Of a DNA stretch of 64,000 nucleotides, positions 52,250 to 61,943 are shown piece after piece (within the stretch, counting starts at the first letter, position 1; each line of letters starts with the position of its first letter). The stretch is taken from positions 640,001 to 704,000 of the forward strand of contig OZ242221.1 in the NCBI GenBank assembly GCA_965206845.1, in the 5' to 3' direction. The position numbers and the translations under genes were made by a program. The DNA comes from Cenarchaeum sp. (lineage in GTDB: Archaea; Thermoproteota; Nitrososphaeria; Nitrososphaerales; Nitrosopumilaceae). Under the pieces are notes generated by a model. It had not been told where the DNA came from. It saw only the letters and a list, made by a program, of their open reading frames with translations, and ran no database searches.

Positions 52250-53959
52250 CTAGTATCTTCTCTCCACGGGTTTGTAATTAGTTATCGTAACCGGATGCGT
52301 GTCCATTACAGGCTCCGGACCGTGGTACGCAAGCGTGTGGTGTAAAAAGTTGGCATCGTCACGCACGGGATAGTCTGTTCTGGCATGGCTTCCCCGGGAC
52401 TCGCGCCTGTTGATGGCGCCCACGAGCACCACCTCCGCTACCCGGAACATCGAGTCCAGTTCCATCACGTTGACAAAGTTAGTGTTGTACTCCTTGGCAG
52501 AGTCTTCCACATGCTTCCAGGCGCTCCCCCGCAGGAAGCGAAGCGTCCGCAGCCCCTCTGTCAGGTCCCTCTCGTTGCGGTATACGTACGCCCTGTCGTT
52601 CATCATGTCGGTGAGGGCCTGCCTTACCTCGTATGGGTTTGCGTCCCCCCTTCCGCGGAAGATCCCGTCGTAGATGCGCTTCTCCTCCTCTGCAACCATG
52701 TGACCCGGCCAGGAGCTAGACGGCCTGCACTGCATGGCATAGTCTGCTGCCATCCTGCCGGTAATGTTTCCCCACACTATGCATTCTGAGGTGGAGTTTG
52801 CCCCCAGCCGGTTGGCTCCGTGGGCGCTGTTGCATGCCGCCTCGCCGGCCGCCCAGACGCCGTGCATCTCGGCTCGGCCGTCGATGTCTGTGTGTATCCC
52901 GCCCATCATATAGTGACACACGGGCCGCACGTCCAGCAGATCCTTTGAGGGATCCAGTCCGGAGAACTTGATTGATATCTCGCGGATTCCGCCCAGCTTC
53001 TCCTTGATCACCTCGTCGCCAATATGCCTCAGGTCAAGCTTCATGCAGTCAACCCCTGTCTCGTGCTTGAAGCCCCGACCCTCGTTTATCTCAGTCATTA
53101 TAGAACGGGACACTATATCCCTGGGAGCCAGCTCCATCTTCTTTGCCGCATACCTGCTCATAAAGCGCTCATTCTGGCTGTTGAGCAGGTGGCCGCCCTC
53201 GCCACGCGCACCCTCGGTGATCAGGATTCCCGACGGCATGATTCCCGTGGGGTGAAACTGCACGAACTCCATGTCCTTTAGCGCCATACCTGCGCGAAGC
53301 GCCATGTCGAGTCCGTCAGGCGTGGAGGAGTGTGCGTATGTCGAGAAGCTGTAGAGGCGTCCCGCCCCGCCGGTTGCGATTATCAGTGCCTTGGCCTTGA
53401 TGCCGTAAAAGGTTCCGTTGGACAGCTCGATGGCCGTAACCCCCATGAACTTTTGGCCGTCGTGAATTATGCTGGTAACAAACCACTCGTTGAGGTACTC
53501 TATGTTGTCGTACTTTTGGCATGTGTCATAGAGCGTCTGCATCTCAAAGAGCCCTACCTTGTCAGAGGCATAGGTGGCCCGCGGAAAGCTGTACCCCCCA
53601 AAGGCGCGCTGGTCAACCCTTCCGTCCTTGCGCCGCGACCACGGCATTCCCCAGTGTTCCAGCCTGTAGATCTCCTCTGGCATCAAGCGGCACAGCCTCT
53701 CTGCCACGTCCTGATCCGCAAGAAAGTCGCTTCCCTTTACCGTGTCATATATGTGGGACTCGATGCTGTCCCCAGCGTCCTCAAAGAGCACTGCGGCCGT
53801 ACCCCCCTCTGCGGAGACCGAATGGGATCTCATTACCTGAACCTTTGATATTACGGCGATTCTGATACCCGGGCTCCTCTGGGCTGCAGAGATTGCCGCG
53901 CGCAGACCGGCTATGCCGGAGCCGCAGATGAGCAGATCATAGCCCATAGTTTCTGCCAT
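52250..53959 (-). CDS. sdhA: Succinate dehydrogenase flavoprotein
   Basis: GSGIAG, RSHSVSAEGG, QFHPT and HGANRLG motifs. Start reset to ATG 53959. Confidence 0.96.
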   Translation of the reverse strand: MAETMGYDLLICGSGIAGLRAAISAAQRSPGIRIAVISKVQVMRSHSVSAEGGTAAVLFEDAGDSIESHIYDTVKGSDFLADQDVAERLCRLMPEEIYRLEHWGMPWSRRKDGRVDQRAFGGYSFPRATYASDKVGLFEMQTLYDTCQKYDNIEYLNEWFVTSIIHDGQKFMGVTAIELSNGTFYGIKAKALIIATGGAGRLYSFSTYAHSSTPDGLDMALRAGMALKDMEFVQFHPTGIMPSGILITEGARGEGGHLLNSQNERFMSRYAAKKMELAPRDIVSRSIMTEINEGRGFKHETGVDCMKLDLRHIGDEVIKEKLGGIREISIKFSGLDPSKDLLDVRPVCHYMMGGIHTDIDGRAEMHGVWAAGEAACNSAHGANRLGANSTSECIVWGNITGRMAADYAMQCRPSSSWPGHMVAEEEKRIYDGIFRGRGDANPYEVRQALTDMMNDRAYVYRNERDLTEGLRTLRFLRGSAWKHVEDSAKEYNTNFVNVMELDSMFRVAEVVLVGAINRRESRGSHARTDYPVRDDANFLHHTLAYHGPEPVMDTHPVTITNYKPVERRY

Positions 53960-54011
53960 TACAGTCAAGGCTCCAATTATGGCGGTTAAAAATGTAGTAA
54001 GCCGACCGTTC

Positions 54012-54155
54012 CTGAGACATGATCCGCAATTAAGAATCGTGCCTTCGATGCCCATAATCTTACAGATGTGTGCTCCAAAGCATGCAACTTTCGTATGATT
54101 ATGCCAAAGATCGTGCTCTAATGTGCCTGCGTGCTAATTACGAATCACATCTCTG
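54012..54155. mobile_element. 144-bp MITE sharing TIRs with the IS at 34974
   Basis: Ends CTGAGACATGATCCGCAATTA and TAATTACGAATCACATCTCTG. Confidence 0.82.
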
Positions 54156-54291
54156 CCCCACAGGGACTGTGGGTCTTGCCCCTTCACGGCCGCCCTCCTC
54201 TGACTGGGAACCGGATCTTCTCAGGGATCGCCTGCGCCTGCAGGCATGGAACCGGTTCGCACATATATCGCGCATGGATCCAGCAGATGCG

Positions 54292-55314
54292 ATGGGACGC
54301 AGGCGGCGCATGAAGCTGCGAAAGGGTATGTACCAAGCCGGGGGGGCAGGTCGGCCGGACGCCGGCACGAAGGATGGCCCCACAGGGCTGGATTCGGGCA
54401 AGAGACGGAGCGGCCGGCCTGCTGGCACGCTACCGCAGAAGAGACCCATGCCCGGTAATGCCGGCCTCGCGGAGCGGTTCGGCATGGAAGGCGAGCCGGA
54501 TCTGCACAAGTACGACAAGCTGACTAATTTTGTGAAGGGGATCAAACAGGCTATGAATCAGAAGGGTTTTGACAAGAACAGGTACATCAGCTCGCTCCGC
54601 GCCAGCGGCATTGGTGAGGAGGCGATTGGCCTGGTTCAGGGAATAATAGAAGTGAGCGCGGACGACAAAATCTCCAGATACACGGCCATGCTTGACACCA
54701 TGAACAGGGGTAGGCACGAAGAGGCACTGGAGATGATCGAGGAGTTCGAACGGCGATACGGCGTTTTTGACTTTACAGGCAGGTACGACGCCCTGACGAA
54801 CTTGGGAAGACTGGAAGAGGCGCTGTCCCTGTGTGACGGGATACTGGACTCCGAGCCGACCCCGTACGCAGTCTGCTGCAAGTCAGACATACTGCGCGAG
54901 CTGGGCCGGGTGCAGGAACAGGTGGAGTTGTACGATCGATGGGAAAGAGAGTTTCCGGGGGATCCTGACATACTCGCGGGCCGCGCCAGGGTACTGGTCA
55001 GCGTGGGCAATCTGGACGAAGCCGAGGAGATGGCCAAAGAGGCCCTGAGGCTTGAGGAGATCACGATTCCCGCATACCTTGCCCTGGGGGAGATTCTGGT
55101 TTCTAGGGGAGACACCGCCGGAGCCATCAAGATACTCAACAGGGCGCTGGACATAGACGAAAACGAGGACGAAGTCTACGTCCGCAAGGCGGAGATCCTG
55201 CTGGACGCAGGAGAGTATGAAAAGGCCGCACTCTGCTGTGAACAGCGGCTAGGAGTGGTTCCTGGAATAAGAAGGCTCAGAGAGATCAGGTATAGAGCAG
55301 AGGCGGCGCTTTGA
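54292..55314 (+). CDS. TPR-repeat protein
   Basis: Repeated LG..EEA and A...L..AL TPR patterns. The track start at 54070 lies inside the MITE, whereas ATG 54292 follows a CATATAT box. Confidence 0.8.
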   Translation: MGRRRRMKLRKGMYQAGGAGRPDAGTKDGPTGLDSGKRRSGRPAGTLPQKRPMPGNAGLAERFGMEGEPDLHKYDKLTNFVKGIKQAMNQKGFDKNRYISSLRASGIGEEAIGLVQGIIEVSADDKISRYTAMLDTMNRGRHEEALEMIEEFERRYGVFDFTGRYDALTNLGRLEEALSLCDGILDSEPTPYAVCCKSDILRELGRVQEQVELYDRWEREFPGDPDILAGRARVLVSVGNLDEAEEMAKEALRLEEITIPAYLALGEILVSRGDTAGAIKILNRALDIDENEDEVYVRKAEILLDAGEYEKAALCCEQRLGVVPGIRRLREIRYRAEAAL

Positions 55315-55467
55315 TGCCAGGCAGAGCCGTCGGTGGCACCAGAATCCGGCCGCAGCGGCCATTCAGATATCCCGGCTGAATGGCATTTCCAGAACGGCCG
55401 TGCCGCCTGCGCTGCCATACAGGGACGGCCGTGAAACCCGCAGGCCGCCAGACAGGCACCCCGGCTG

Positions 55468-55559
55468 GTACATACTCACGCCCATGATGCACCTAGTCGT
55501 AAAAACACGCGGCAGTGTGCAAAACTATGCCTAGCTTTGATCTGGACCTGAGGATGTAC
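55468..55559. mobile_element. 92-bp MITE, family A
   Basis: 91/92 identical to 34422-34513, with 9-bp TSD CCCCGGCTG (55459-55467, 55560-55568). Confidence 0.95.
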
Positions 55560-55608
55560 CCCCGGCTGCTTGGCAAGGTATTAATGGGTTCCAGTAAGGG
55601 AACTCTTC

Positions 55609-56412
55609 ATGCAGGAGGCACCACAGAAGATCTTCAAGCATGTCCGCGAGGCAGACATCACGCGGGCAATCGCCACCGAGTTCAACTCGGTGCTTCAGGA
55701 CAGGGCAGTCTCTGACGTAATAGTAATCGGCGCCGGCCCCGCGGGGCTGACTGCCAGCATGGAGCTGTCCCAGATGGGCTTCAGGGTGCTGGTAGTGGAG
55801 CAGAACAACTACCTCGGCGGCGGCTACTGGCTCGGCGGGTACATGATGAATCCGGTAACCGTAAGGGAGCCGGCGCAGAAGGTCTGGGACGAGCTGGGCG
55901 TGCCCTACAAGAAGGTAGCCGACGGCCTGTACCTTACGCCCGGACCGCACGCGGTATCCAAGCTCATCGCAGGAGCCTGCGACGCTGGAGTCAAGTTTCT
56001 GAACCTCACAAAGTTTGACGATCTGGTTCTCAAGGACGGCCGGGTCTGTGGGATCGTTGTAAACTGGATGCCCGTCTCGGCGCTTCCCCGGAACATCACA
56101 TGCGTTGACCCGGTGGCCCTGGAGGCAAAGATGATAATTGACTCATCGGGCCACGACTCGGTGGCGGTAAAGAGGCTTGTGGACAGGGGCCTGGTTGAAT
56201 GGAAGGGAATGAATCCCATGTATGTTGACGAGGGAGAGGATCAGGTGGTTCACAAGACAGGGGAGGTATATCCTGGACTAGTGGCCGCAGGCATGTCAGT
56301 CACCGAGACCTACGGGCTGGCCAGAATGGGGCCGACCTTTGGCTCGATGCTCTTCTCCGGCAAGAAGGCGGCAGAGATAACCGCGGCAAAGATCAAAGAG
56401 CTTGGGGCATAG
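55609..56412 (+). CDS. thi4: Thiazole synthase THI4 (Cys-type)
   Basis: GAGPAG, GGGYWLGG, TCVDP and RMGPTFGSM motifs. Confidence 0.94.
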   Translation: MQEAPQKIFKHVREADITRAIATEFNSVLQDRAVSDVIVIGAGPAGLTASMELSQMGFRVLVVEQNNYLGGGYWLGGYMMNPVTVREPAQKVWDELGVPYKKVADGLYLTPGPHAVSKLIAGACDAGVKFLNLTKFDDLVLKDGRVCGIVVNWMPVSALPRNITCVDPVALEAKMIIDSSGHDSVAVKRLVDRGLVEWKGMNPMYVDEGEDQVVHKTGEVYPGLVAAGMSVTETYGLARMGPTFGSMLFSGKKAAEITAAKIKELGA

Positions 56413-56424
56413 ACACCTGCAGCC

Positions 56425-57180
56425 TTGATGCCGTCGAAGATCATACTGTACGACGAGCCCCTCGTTCCCGAGATTGACATCTGCGGGCTGGCCGCATTTG
56501 CAGAGCGCACGCTTCATGTTGCAGCCGAGGTGCGCGGCCCGCTGCTTGCAGATCTTCCGCACCACACGCTCCGGGACATGGCGTCGCTCAAGGTGATCAA
56601 CCCCAGGCGGCCGTTTCAGAGGTACTCCCCGGGCATGGAGGAGGTAGAGCAGGAGAGGTCGGGGACTGAGAACATCACTATGTATGACGGCTTTGAGCTC
56701 CAGAGGCTCGTATCAGGGCTGGTTCCGCAGGACGAGATTGCGCTAGACATGCTCTCCGTTGTGTTTACGACCAGGCTGACATGCACCTACGATTTTGGCG
56801 ACTACAGATACCACGGCAGGGCGCTCATCGGAGCCAACCCTGCCATCATCTCCACCACCGGAATCATCGAGGCGCCGGCAAAGCCGCGGGAGTACTACCT
56901 GGATCTGATGCAGAGCATGAGGCACGGCCTCAATATCGAGGCGCTGAAAAAAAAGTACGCCGGAACGTACCTGGAGCGGCACGACGACAGGCTGCCCCGG
57001 ATCGTCCAGGGGTACCTGCTGCAGGCCGCATTCTACCACATCACAGGAGAGCCGTTCTGCGATGATGCCGCATGCCGGCTGTTCAACGCCCACTGGCAGG
57101 CGGACCTGATTCGCTCCCAGATCCAGTCAGGCAGGCTCTGCCCGCGGCACCAGGGCATCCTTCATGAATGTTTAAATTAA
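56425..57180 (+). CDS. Conserved archaeal putative metallopeptidase-like protein
   Basis: YDGFEL, EAPAKPREYY and FC....CRLFNAHWQ....CPRH motifs. Confidence 0.75.
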   Translation: MMPSKIILYDEPLVPEIDICGLAAFAERTLHVAAEVRGPLLADLPHHTLRDMASLKVINPRRPFQRYSPGMEEVEQERSGTENITMYDGFELQRLVSGLVPQDEIALDMLSVVFTTRLTCTYDFGDYRYHGRALIGANPAIISTTGIIEAPAKPREYYLDLMQSMRHGLNIEALKKKYAGTYLERHDDRLPRIVQGYLLQAAFYHITGEPFCDDAACRLFNAHWQADLIRSQIQSGRLCPRHQGILHECLN

Positions 57181-58181
57181 TGACAGGGTGCGGCGAATCT
57201 ATGATGCCAGATGCTGCCAGCTCGACGGTAGTGATGAAGAGGGACGAGACCCACAAAAAGAAGACCAGGTACGACGTCATAATTATCGGGGCAGGTCCGG
57301 CAGGATACACCGCCGGGATATACTGCTCCCGGGCAAGGTGCGATACCCTCATACTCTCAGGCATACTGCCCGGCGGCCAGCTGGTCAACACAACGGAGGT
57401 GGAGAACTATCCCGGCTTTGAGGAGGGAATAATGGGCCCGGATCTCATGATAAGCATGCGGAACCAGACAAAGAGGATGGAGGCAGACATTGTAGATGAC
57501 GAGGTGGTAAACGTGGACTTTAGGAGGAGGCCGTTCAAGGTGCTGACGGCATCAGAAGAGTACGAGGCCCGGGCCGTAATCATTGCCACCGGCGCCAGCC
57601 CCCGCACGCTTGGCCTGGAGGGGGAGCAAACCTTCGGAGGCAGGGGCGTCTCCTACTGCGCCACCTGCGACGGGCCGTTCTTTCGCAACCAGGAGATCGT
57701 GGTGGTGGGCGGAGGCGACTCGGCCATGGAGGAGGCTACGTTTCTGACAAAGTTTGCAGGGACTGTACACCTGGTGCACCGCAGGGATCAGTTCAGGGCC
57801 AGCAAGATAATGCAGGAGAGGGCGCTGAGCAGCGAGAAGATCAGGATACACTACAGCCACGAGCTGGAGAGCATCACAGGAGACCAGAAGGTGCAGCAGG
57901 TAACCCTGAAGAGCACAAAGACGGGCCAGACCCGCGACCTGGCAGTCGGAGGGGTCTTTGTTGCCGTAGGCCACGATCCCAACACAAAGCTCTTTGCGGG
58001 CCAGGTGAAGATGGACGCAGAAGGGTACATAGCGATAAAGAGGAACACCCAGACCAGCGTGGAGGGCGTCTTTGCCGCAGGCGACGTCCACGACCGCAGG
58101 TACCGTCAGGCCGTTACTGCAGCGGGATTTGGCTGCATGGCGGGAATCGACGTCAACAACTTTCTGACAGAGAACTCCTGA
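57168..58181 (+). CDS. trxB: Thioredoxin reductase
   Basis: GAGPAG, CATCDG, GGGDSA and HRRD motifs. True start probably a downstream ATG. Confidence 0.95.
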   Translation: MFKLMTGCGESMMPDAASSTVVMKRDETHKKKTRYDVIIIGAGPAGYTAGIYCSRARCDTLILSGILPGGQLVNTTEVENYPGFEEGIMGPDLMISMRNQTKRMEADIVDDEVVNVDFRRRPFKVLTASEEYEARAVIIATGASPRTLGLEGEQTFGGRGVSYCATCDGPFFRNQEIVVVGGGDSAMEEATFLTKFAGTVHLVHRRDQFRASKIMQERALSSEKIRIHYSHELESITGDQKVQQVTLKSTKTGQTRDLAVGGVFVAVGHDPNTKLFAGQVKMDAEGYIAIKRNTQTSVEGVFAAGDVHDRRYRQAVTAAGFGCMAGIDVNNFLTENS

Positions 58182-58182
58182 G

Positions 58183-59184
58183 TCACAGGTAGGCAATATC
58201 TGAGAGGTGCTCTGAGTGCAGCAGCGCGTCATCAAACTCGTCTCTGGTCATGATGCCCTGCTCTGCGTATATGCTTTTGAACTTTCGCCCGTCGTCGGCA
58301 AAGATCCCCACCACGCAGGCTCCATCGGCCACGTCATACTTTTTCATGGAAGCGTAGACCGCGGCAGACGAGGGGCTGATGAGCAGGCGATCCTTTTCAA
58401 AGACCTCCCTGACCACGCCAAAGGCCTCGGCGTTGGTCACTGATATCCAGTCGTCGACCACACTCTCCCTCTTAAGAAAGAGATCCGGCTTTGCGGACTC
58501 TTCAAAGTTCCGCCATCCCTGTATCAGGTGATCCTGCTGTGGCTGGCAGCCCACTATGTTCACACCGGGCTTCTCCTCCTTGAGGTATGCGCCGATGCCC
58601 GTAATCGTTCCCCCGGTGCCGACACCGGTAAAAAAGTGGGTCACCCTACCGCCGGTCTGCCTCCAGATCTCCGGGCCGGTGCCCCTGTAGTGCCCCATAA
58701 AGTTGGCCTCGTTGGCGTACTGGTTTGGCGAGTAGTAGGTGTCTGGGCGGGACGATGCGATGGAGGTCGCCAGGGCTATGCTCTGGTCGGTGCCCGCGCC
58801 GACTTTGGGGCACAGATCGTCGCTGGTCTCATACACCTTGGCGCCCAGCTGCCTGATTATCGCCTTGGTCTCGTCGCTTGCCTTCTCGGGGATTACGATC
58901 TCGGTCTTGTAGCCCAGCAGGTTTGCAATGCCGGTCAGCGCGATTCCCGTATTGCCCGAGGTGGGCTCGATGATTATGCTGTGCCCTCGCTTGAGAATGC
59001 CCCGCTCCTCGCCGTCCTTTATCATCCAGTATGCGGCCCTGTCCTTTACGGAACCAAACGGGTTGTGGCCCTCCAGCTTTGCAAAGTACTCCCTGCCCGC
59101 AGATGACAGCGATTCCAGCTTTACCAGTGGGGTGTTGCCTACCCGGTTCAGCACGTCCAGATCCGTTACTGCTTTTGTTGCCAG
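58183..59184 (-). CDS. PLP-dependent cysteine synthase family protein
   Basis: GNTPLV, NPFGSVKDR, TSGNTG and GTGGT motifs. Start is CTG 59184 or GTG 59154. Confidence 0.92.
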   Translation of the reverse strand: MATKAVTDLDVLNRVGNTPLVKLESLSSAGREYFAKLEGHNPFGSVKDRAAYWMIKDGEERGILKRGHSIIIEPTSGNTGIALTGIANLLGYKTEIVIPEKASDETKAIIRQLGAKVYETSDDLCPKVGAGTDQSIALATSIASSRPDTYYSPNQYANEANFMGHYRGTGPEIWRQTGGRVTHFFTGVGTGGTITGIGAYLKEEKPGVNIVGCQPQQDHLIQGWRNFEESAKPDLFLKRESVVDDWISVTNAEAFGVVREVFEKDRLLISPSSAAVYASMKKYDVADGACVVGIFADDGRKFKSIYAEQGIMTRDEFDDALLHSEHLSDIAYL

Positions 59185-59185
59185 G

Positions 59186-59422
59186 CTACCTCACCTTCTT
59201 GATCAGAAATGTAATGGTGTCGTCCTCGGATTTTTGCATCTCCAGCAGCTTGTGGCCGTTGCGGCTCACCCACCGGGTAATGTCCTCCTCCGCGGCGGGA
59301 TCGTCTGCAAGCACGGTCAGCACGTCGCCTACGCTCATCCCCTCAAGCTCGATCTTTGTCCGGAACACGGGCTCGGGGCAGAAGAGGCCCGTGGCGTCCA
59401 GTTTCTTTTGTGACTCTGACAT
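59186..59422 (-). CDS. tusA: TusA-family sulfur carrier
   Basis: LDATGLFCPEP and DDPAA motifs. Confidence 0.92.
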   Translation of the reverse strand: MSESQKKLDATGLFCPEPVFRTKIELEGMSVGDVLTVLADDPAAEEDITRWVSRNGHKLLEMQKSEDDTITFLIKKVR

Positions 59423-59479
59423 GGGTAGTAATCCACCTGTTTTTTGCCGCCGGATATTAAAAACCATTTGATTCTGATT

Positions 59480-60394
59480 CTAAAAGGCCATCCGGAACAT
59501 GGTTCCCACATCCCTTTCCCTCATCGGGCCGGGGTCGATTCCCTGAAAGTTGATCTTGCTGGAGATCCGCTTCATGGCAAACGTGGCAAACTTGTACAGC
59601 AGTATCCATAGGTGGCTGTTTGGGTTGCGCTCAAACAGTCCCAGCAGTACCGTAAAGAGGTGCTTTGAGCGGGGATAGAACTGCTCCATGTACTGCTGCA
59701 CGTACTCTGAGGAGTTGCTGATCTTGTAGCGCATGTGCTCGATGGTCTCCTGCGCCGTGGCGTACCCGACGTTCTCGATCCTGATCCTGCCGCGGCGCAT
59801 TGCAGACAGGATGTCATCCAGGCGATCCTCTGCCTCGATCACGTTTGTACATCTGCCCAGTGTGGACGACACGTGGGAGTCGCTGCCGGCAACCTCGATC
59901 AGGTTGTTCTCCCGGGCAAAGATGCTGGCCTTGGTGTTTGCCAGCACGTCCACATTGTTGCTGTTGAAGACCTCCACCAGGTCACAGCACTCTGCCTTCT
60001 CCCTTAGGGCATCCAGGAGCCCGAACGGGTGCGGTGCAGAGGACACCGCGTCCTGCAGCCGTATCTCGTCCACCGTCTCCTCAAGGCTCAGCCCGGGCCT
60101 GATGGGGCTGTGTATTCCGTACGCTATGACATGGGAGCCGTCCAGCGTGGTTATCTCCTCTGCCGGCAGGACCTGTATCTTTTCAAGTTTTTTGTGATCC
60201 GCCACGTACCGGCGCAGCTGCTCGTAGCCGTCCAGCGTGTTGTGGTTTGTGACAAAGATGGCGTCCAGTCCCTGCATGTAGGCCTGCTCTGCCTGCTCTG
60301 CCACCGTGACCCCGCAGTCGTACGGCGCGTCCAGATCCCCAACATTGAAGTTGGAGAACGTGTTGTGGCAGTGAAGCTCGGCCCTTATCACCAA
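59480..60394 (-). CDS. PHP-domain phosphoesterase
   Basis: LHCH, TNHN, PHPF and GSDSH motifs. Confidence 0.88.
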   Translation of the reverse strand: MVIRAELHCHNTFSNFNVGDLDAPYDCGVTVAEQAEQAYMQGLDAIFVTNHNTLDGYEQLRRYVADHKKLEKIQVLPAEEITTLDGSHVIAYGIHSPIRPGLSLEETVDEIRLQDAVSSAPHPFGLLDALREKAECCDLVEVFNSNNVDVLANTKASIFARENNLIEVAGSDSHVSSTLGRCTNVIEAEDRLDDILSAMRRGRIRIENVGYATAQETIEHMRYKISNSSEYVQQYMEQFYPRSKHLFTVLLGLFERNPNSHLWILLYKFATFAMKRISSKINFQGIDPGPMRERDVGTMFRMAF

Positions 60395-60498
60395 TGTACT
60401 CTTGCAGCCGCAGCTTCTTATTTTAACTGTTCATAAGCATGTCGGCGAGAGAACACCTGCAGTACTGAACCACGTACGGAAACCCGCCGGGGCGCCGC

Positions 60499-61230
60499 TC
60501 AGCGGAACAGATCCGCCTCCCTGGGACGGGACAGCGGGACGGCCGGGCCGCCCTGCGGGAACGAATAGTTCCGAATCACCGCCACCGGGCACCGGTTCGT
60601 CTTTCCCATGACGAGCTCCGCTGCCGCGCACAGCTCATCTGCCACGGCTATTGCAGTTACCCGCAGCTCCCTCCCAAAGGCGTCTTTTTTGCCCTTGTAG
60701 TCCAGGATTGCTGGCATGCCAGAGACCCCGATCGCGCAGTCAGTCTGTCCCATTCTCAGGGGGCGCCCAAAGGTGTCAGATATCAGCACCACCGTGTTCC
60801 TGCCCAGCACCTCCTTTATCTCCATGCGGAGCAGCTCCGCAGACTTGTCGGGATCTGCCGGCAGCAGGGTTATCATGCCCTGGGGGACGTTGCTCTCATC
60901 CACGCCTGCGTTTGCGCACACCAAGCCGGTCATGGTCTCAGTTATTATGATCCCGTCCTGCATGCGCACAATCCTCTTGGTCTCGGAGAGTATGGCCTCC
61001 ACCACCCTCGAGTCCTTGCCGTATTCGGACGCTATGCCCTGCGAGAGCATCGACGGAATGACCGCAGACAGCGGAACCACCCTCCCCTCCTGCTTTGAGA
61101 TGATCTTCTGCGATACCACAAGTATGTCGCCATCCCGTATCTTGACGCCGGAGCTCCTGATCATCCTTGCAATGTCGTCGTCCGGTCCGACCTCCCCTTT
61201 TATTGCCACCGGGATGATCTCAAGAGTCAT
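60499..61230 (-). CDS. cofE: Coenzyme F420-0:L-glutamate ligase
   Basis: KIISKQEG, ANAGVDESN and DTFGRP motifs. Start reset to ATG 61230. Confidence 0.93.
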   Translation of the reverse strand: MTLEIIPVAIKGEVGPDDDIARMIRSSGVKIRDGDILVVSQKIISKQEGRVVPLSAVIPSMLSQGIASEYGKDSRVVEAILSETKRIVRMQDGIIITETMTGLVCANAGVDESNVPQGMITLLPADPDKSAELLRMEIKEVLGRNTVVLISDTFGRPLRMGQTDCAIGVSGMPAILDYKGKKDAFGRELRVTAIAVADELCAAAELVMGKTNRCPVAVIRNYSFPQGGPAVPLSRPREADLFR

Positions 61231-61292
61231 CGGAGTGCATACCCGCCGAGTGTAAATATTGGTTGCGTATGTGTCCCGGATGCGGCACGCGT

Positions 61293-61943
61293 CTAGGCCA
61301 GGGGCGGGTTTTCCAGGGCTATGTTGTAGTGCCTCTTGATGATCCCGAGTATCCCCGACAGATCCTTCTCCTCCAGTACCACATCTGCCATGTCCTTTAC
61401 CTTGTCCTGCGCGCGGAAGGCGATTCCCAGGCCGCATATGTCAAAGAGCTTTAGGTCGTTGGCGCCGTCCACCGTAACCACGATATCCTCCTTTCTCTCG
61501 CCCCACTCCAGGATCTTCTTCCTGGCAGGCAGCGCCTTGTCTGATCCCACACTGATCCGGACGCCGTCCAGCTTGCCGTCCTTGAAGACCAGCTCGTTGG
61601 AGTAGACGTAATCCAGTCCCAGCACCCTCTGCAGCCTGTCAGTCATTATGGTAAAGCCGCCGGATATGGCAAGTATCTTCCAGCCGGCAGCCTTGAGTGC
61701 CATGCATGCCGCCCTTGCGCCGGTCATGATGGGCAGCGAGGCGGCCACCTCCTGGCATGTCTTGTAGTCCATGCCCTTTAGCGCGTCGATGCGGGAGACG
61801 AGTCCATCCTCCCAGTCTATGACACCCTTGATTCCCTGTCTTGTGATCTCCCATATCTGATCATCCTTGCCTACCTTCTCAGCAAGAAGCGGCAAGTATT
61901 CGGCGTCAAAAAGGACTCCCTCAACGTCAAAAATTGCAAGCAA
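61293..61943 (-). CDS. serB: Phosphoserine phosphatase (HAD)
   Basis: FDVEGVL, SGGF and DGAND motifs. Confidence 0.88.
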   Translation of the reverse strand: MLAIFDVEGVLFDAEYLPLLAEKVGKDDQIWEITRQGIKGVIDWEDGLVSRIDALKGMDYKTCQEVAASLPIMTGARAACMALKAAGWKILAISGGFTIMTDRLQRVLGLDYVYSNELVFKDGKLDGVRISVGSDKALPARKKILEWGERKEDIVVTVDGANDLKLFDICGLGIAFRAQDKVKDMADVVLEEKDLSGILGIIKRHYNIALENPPLA

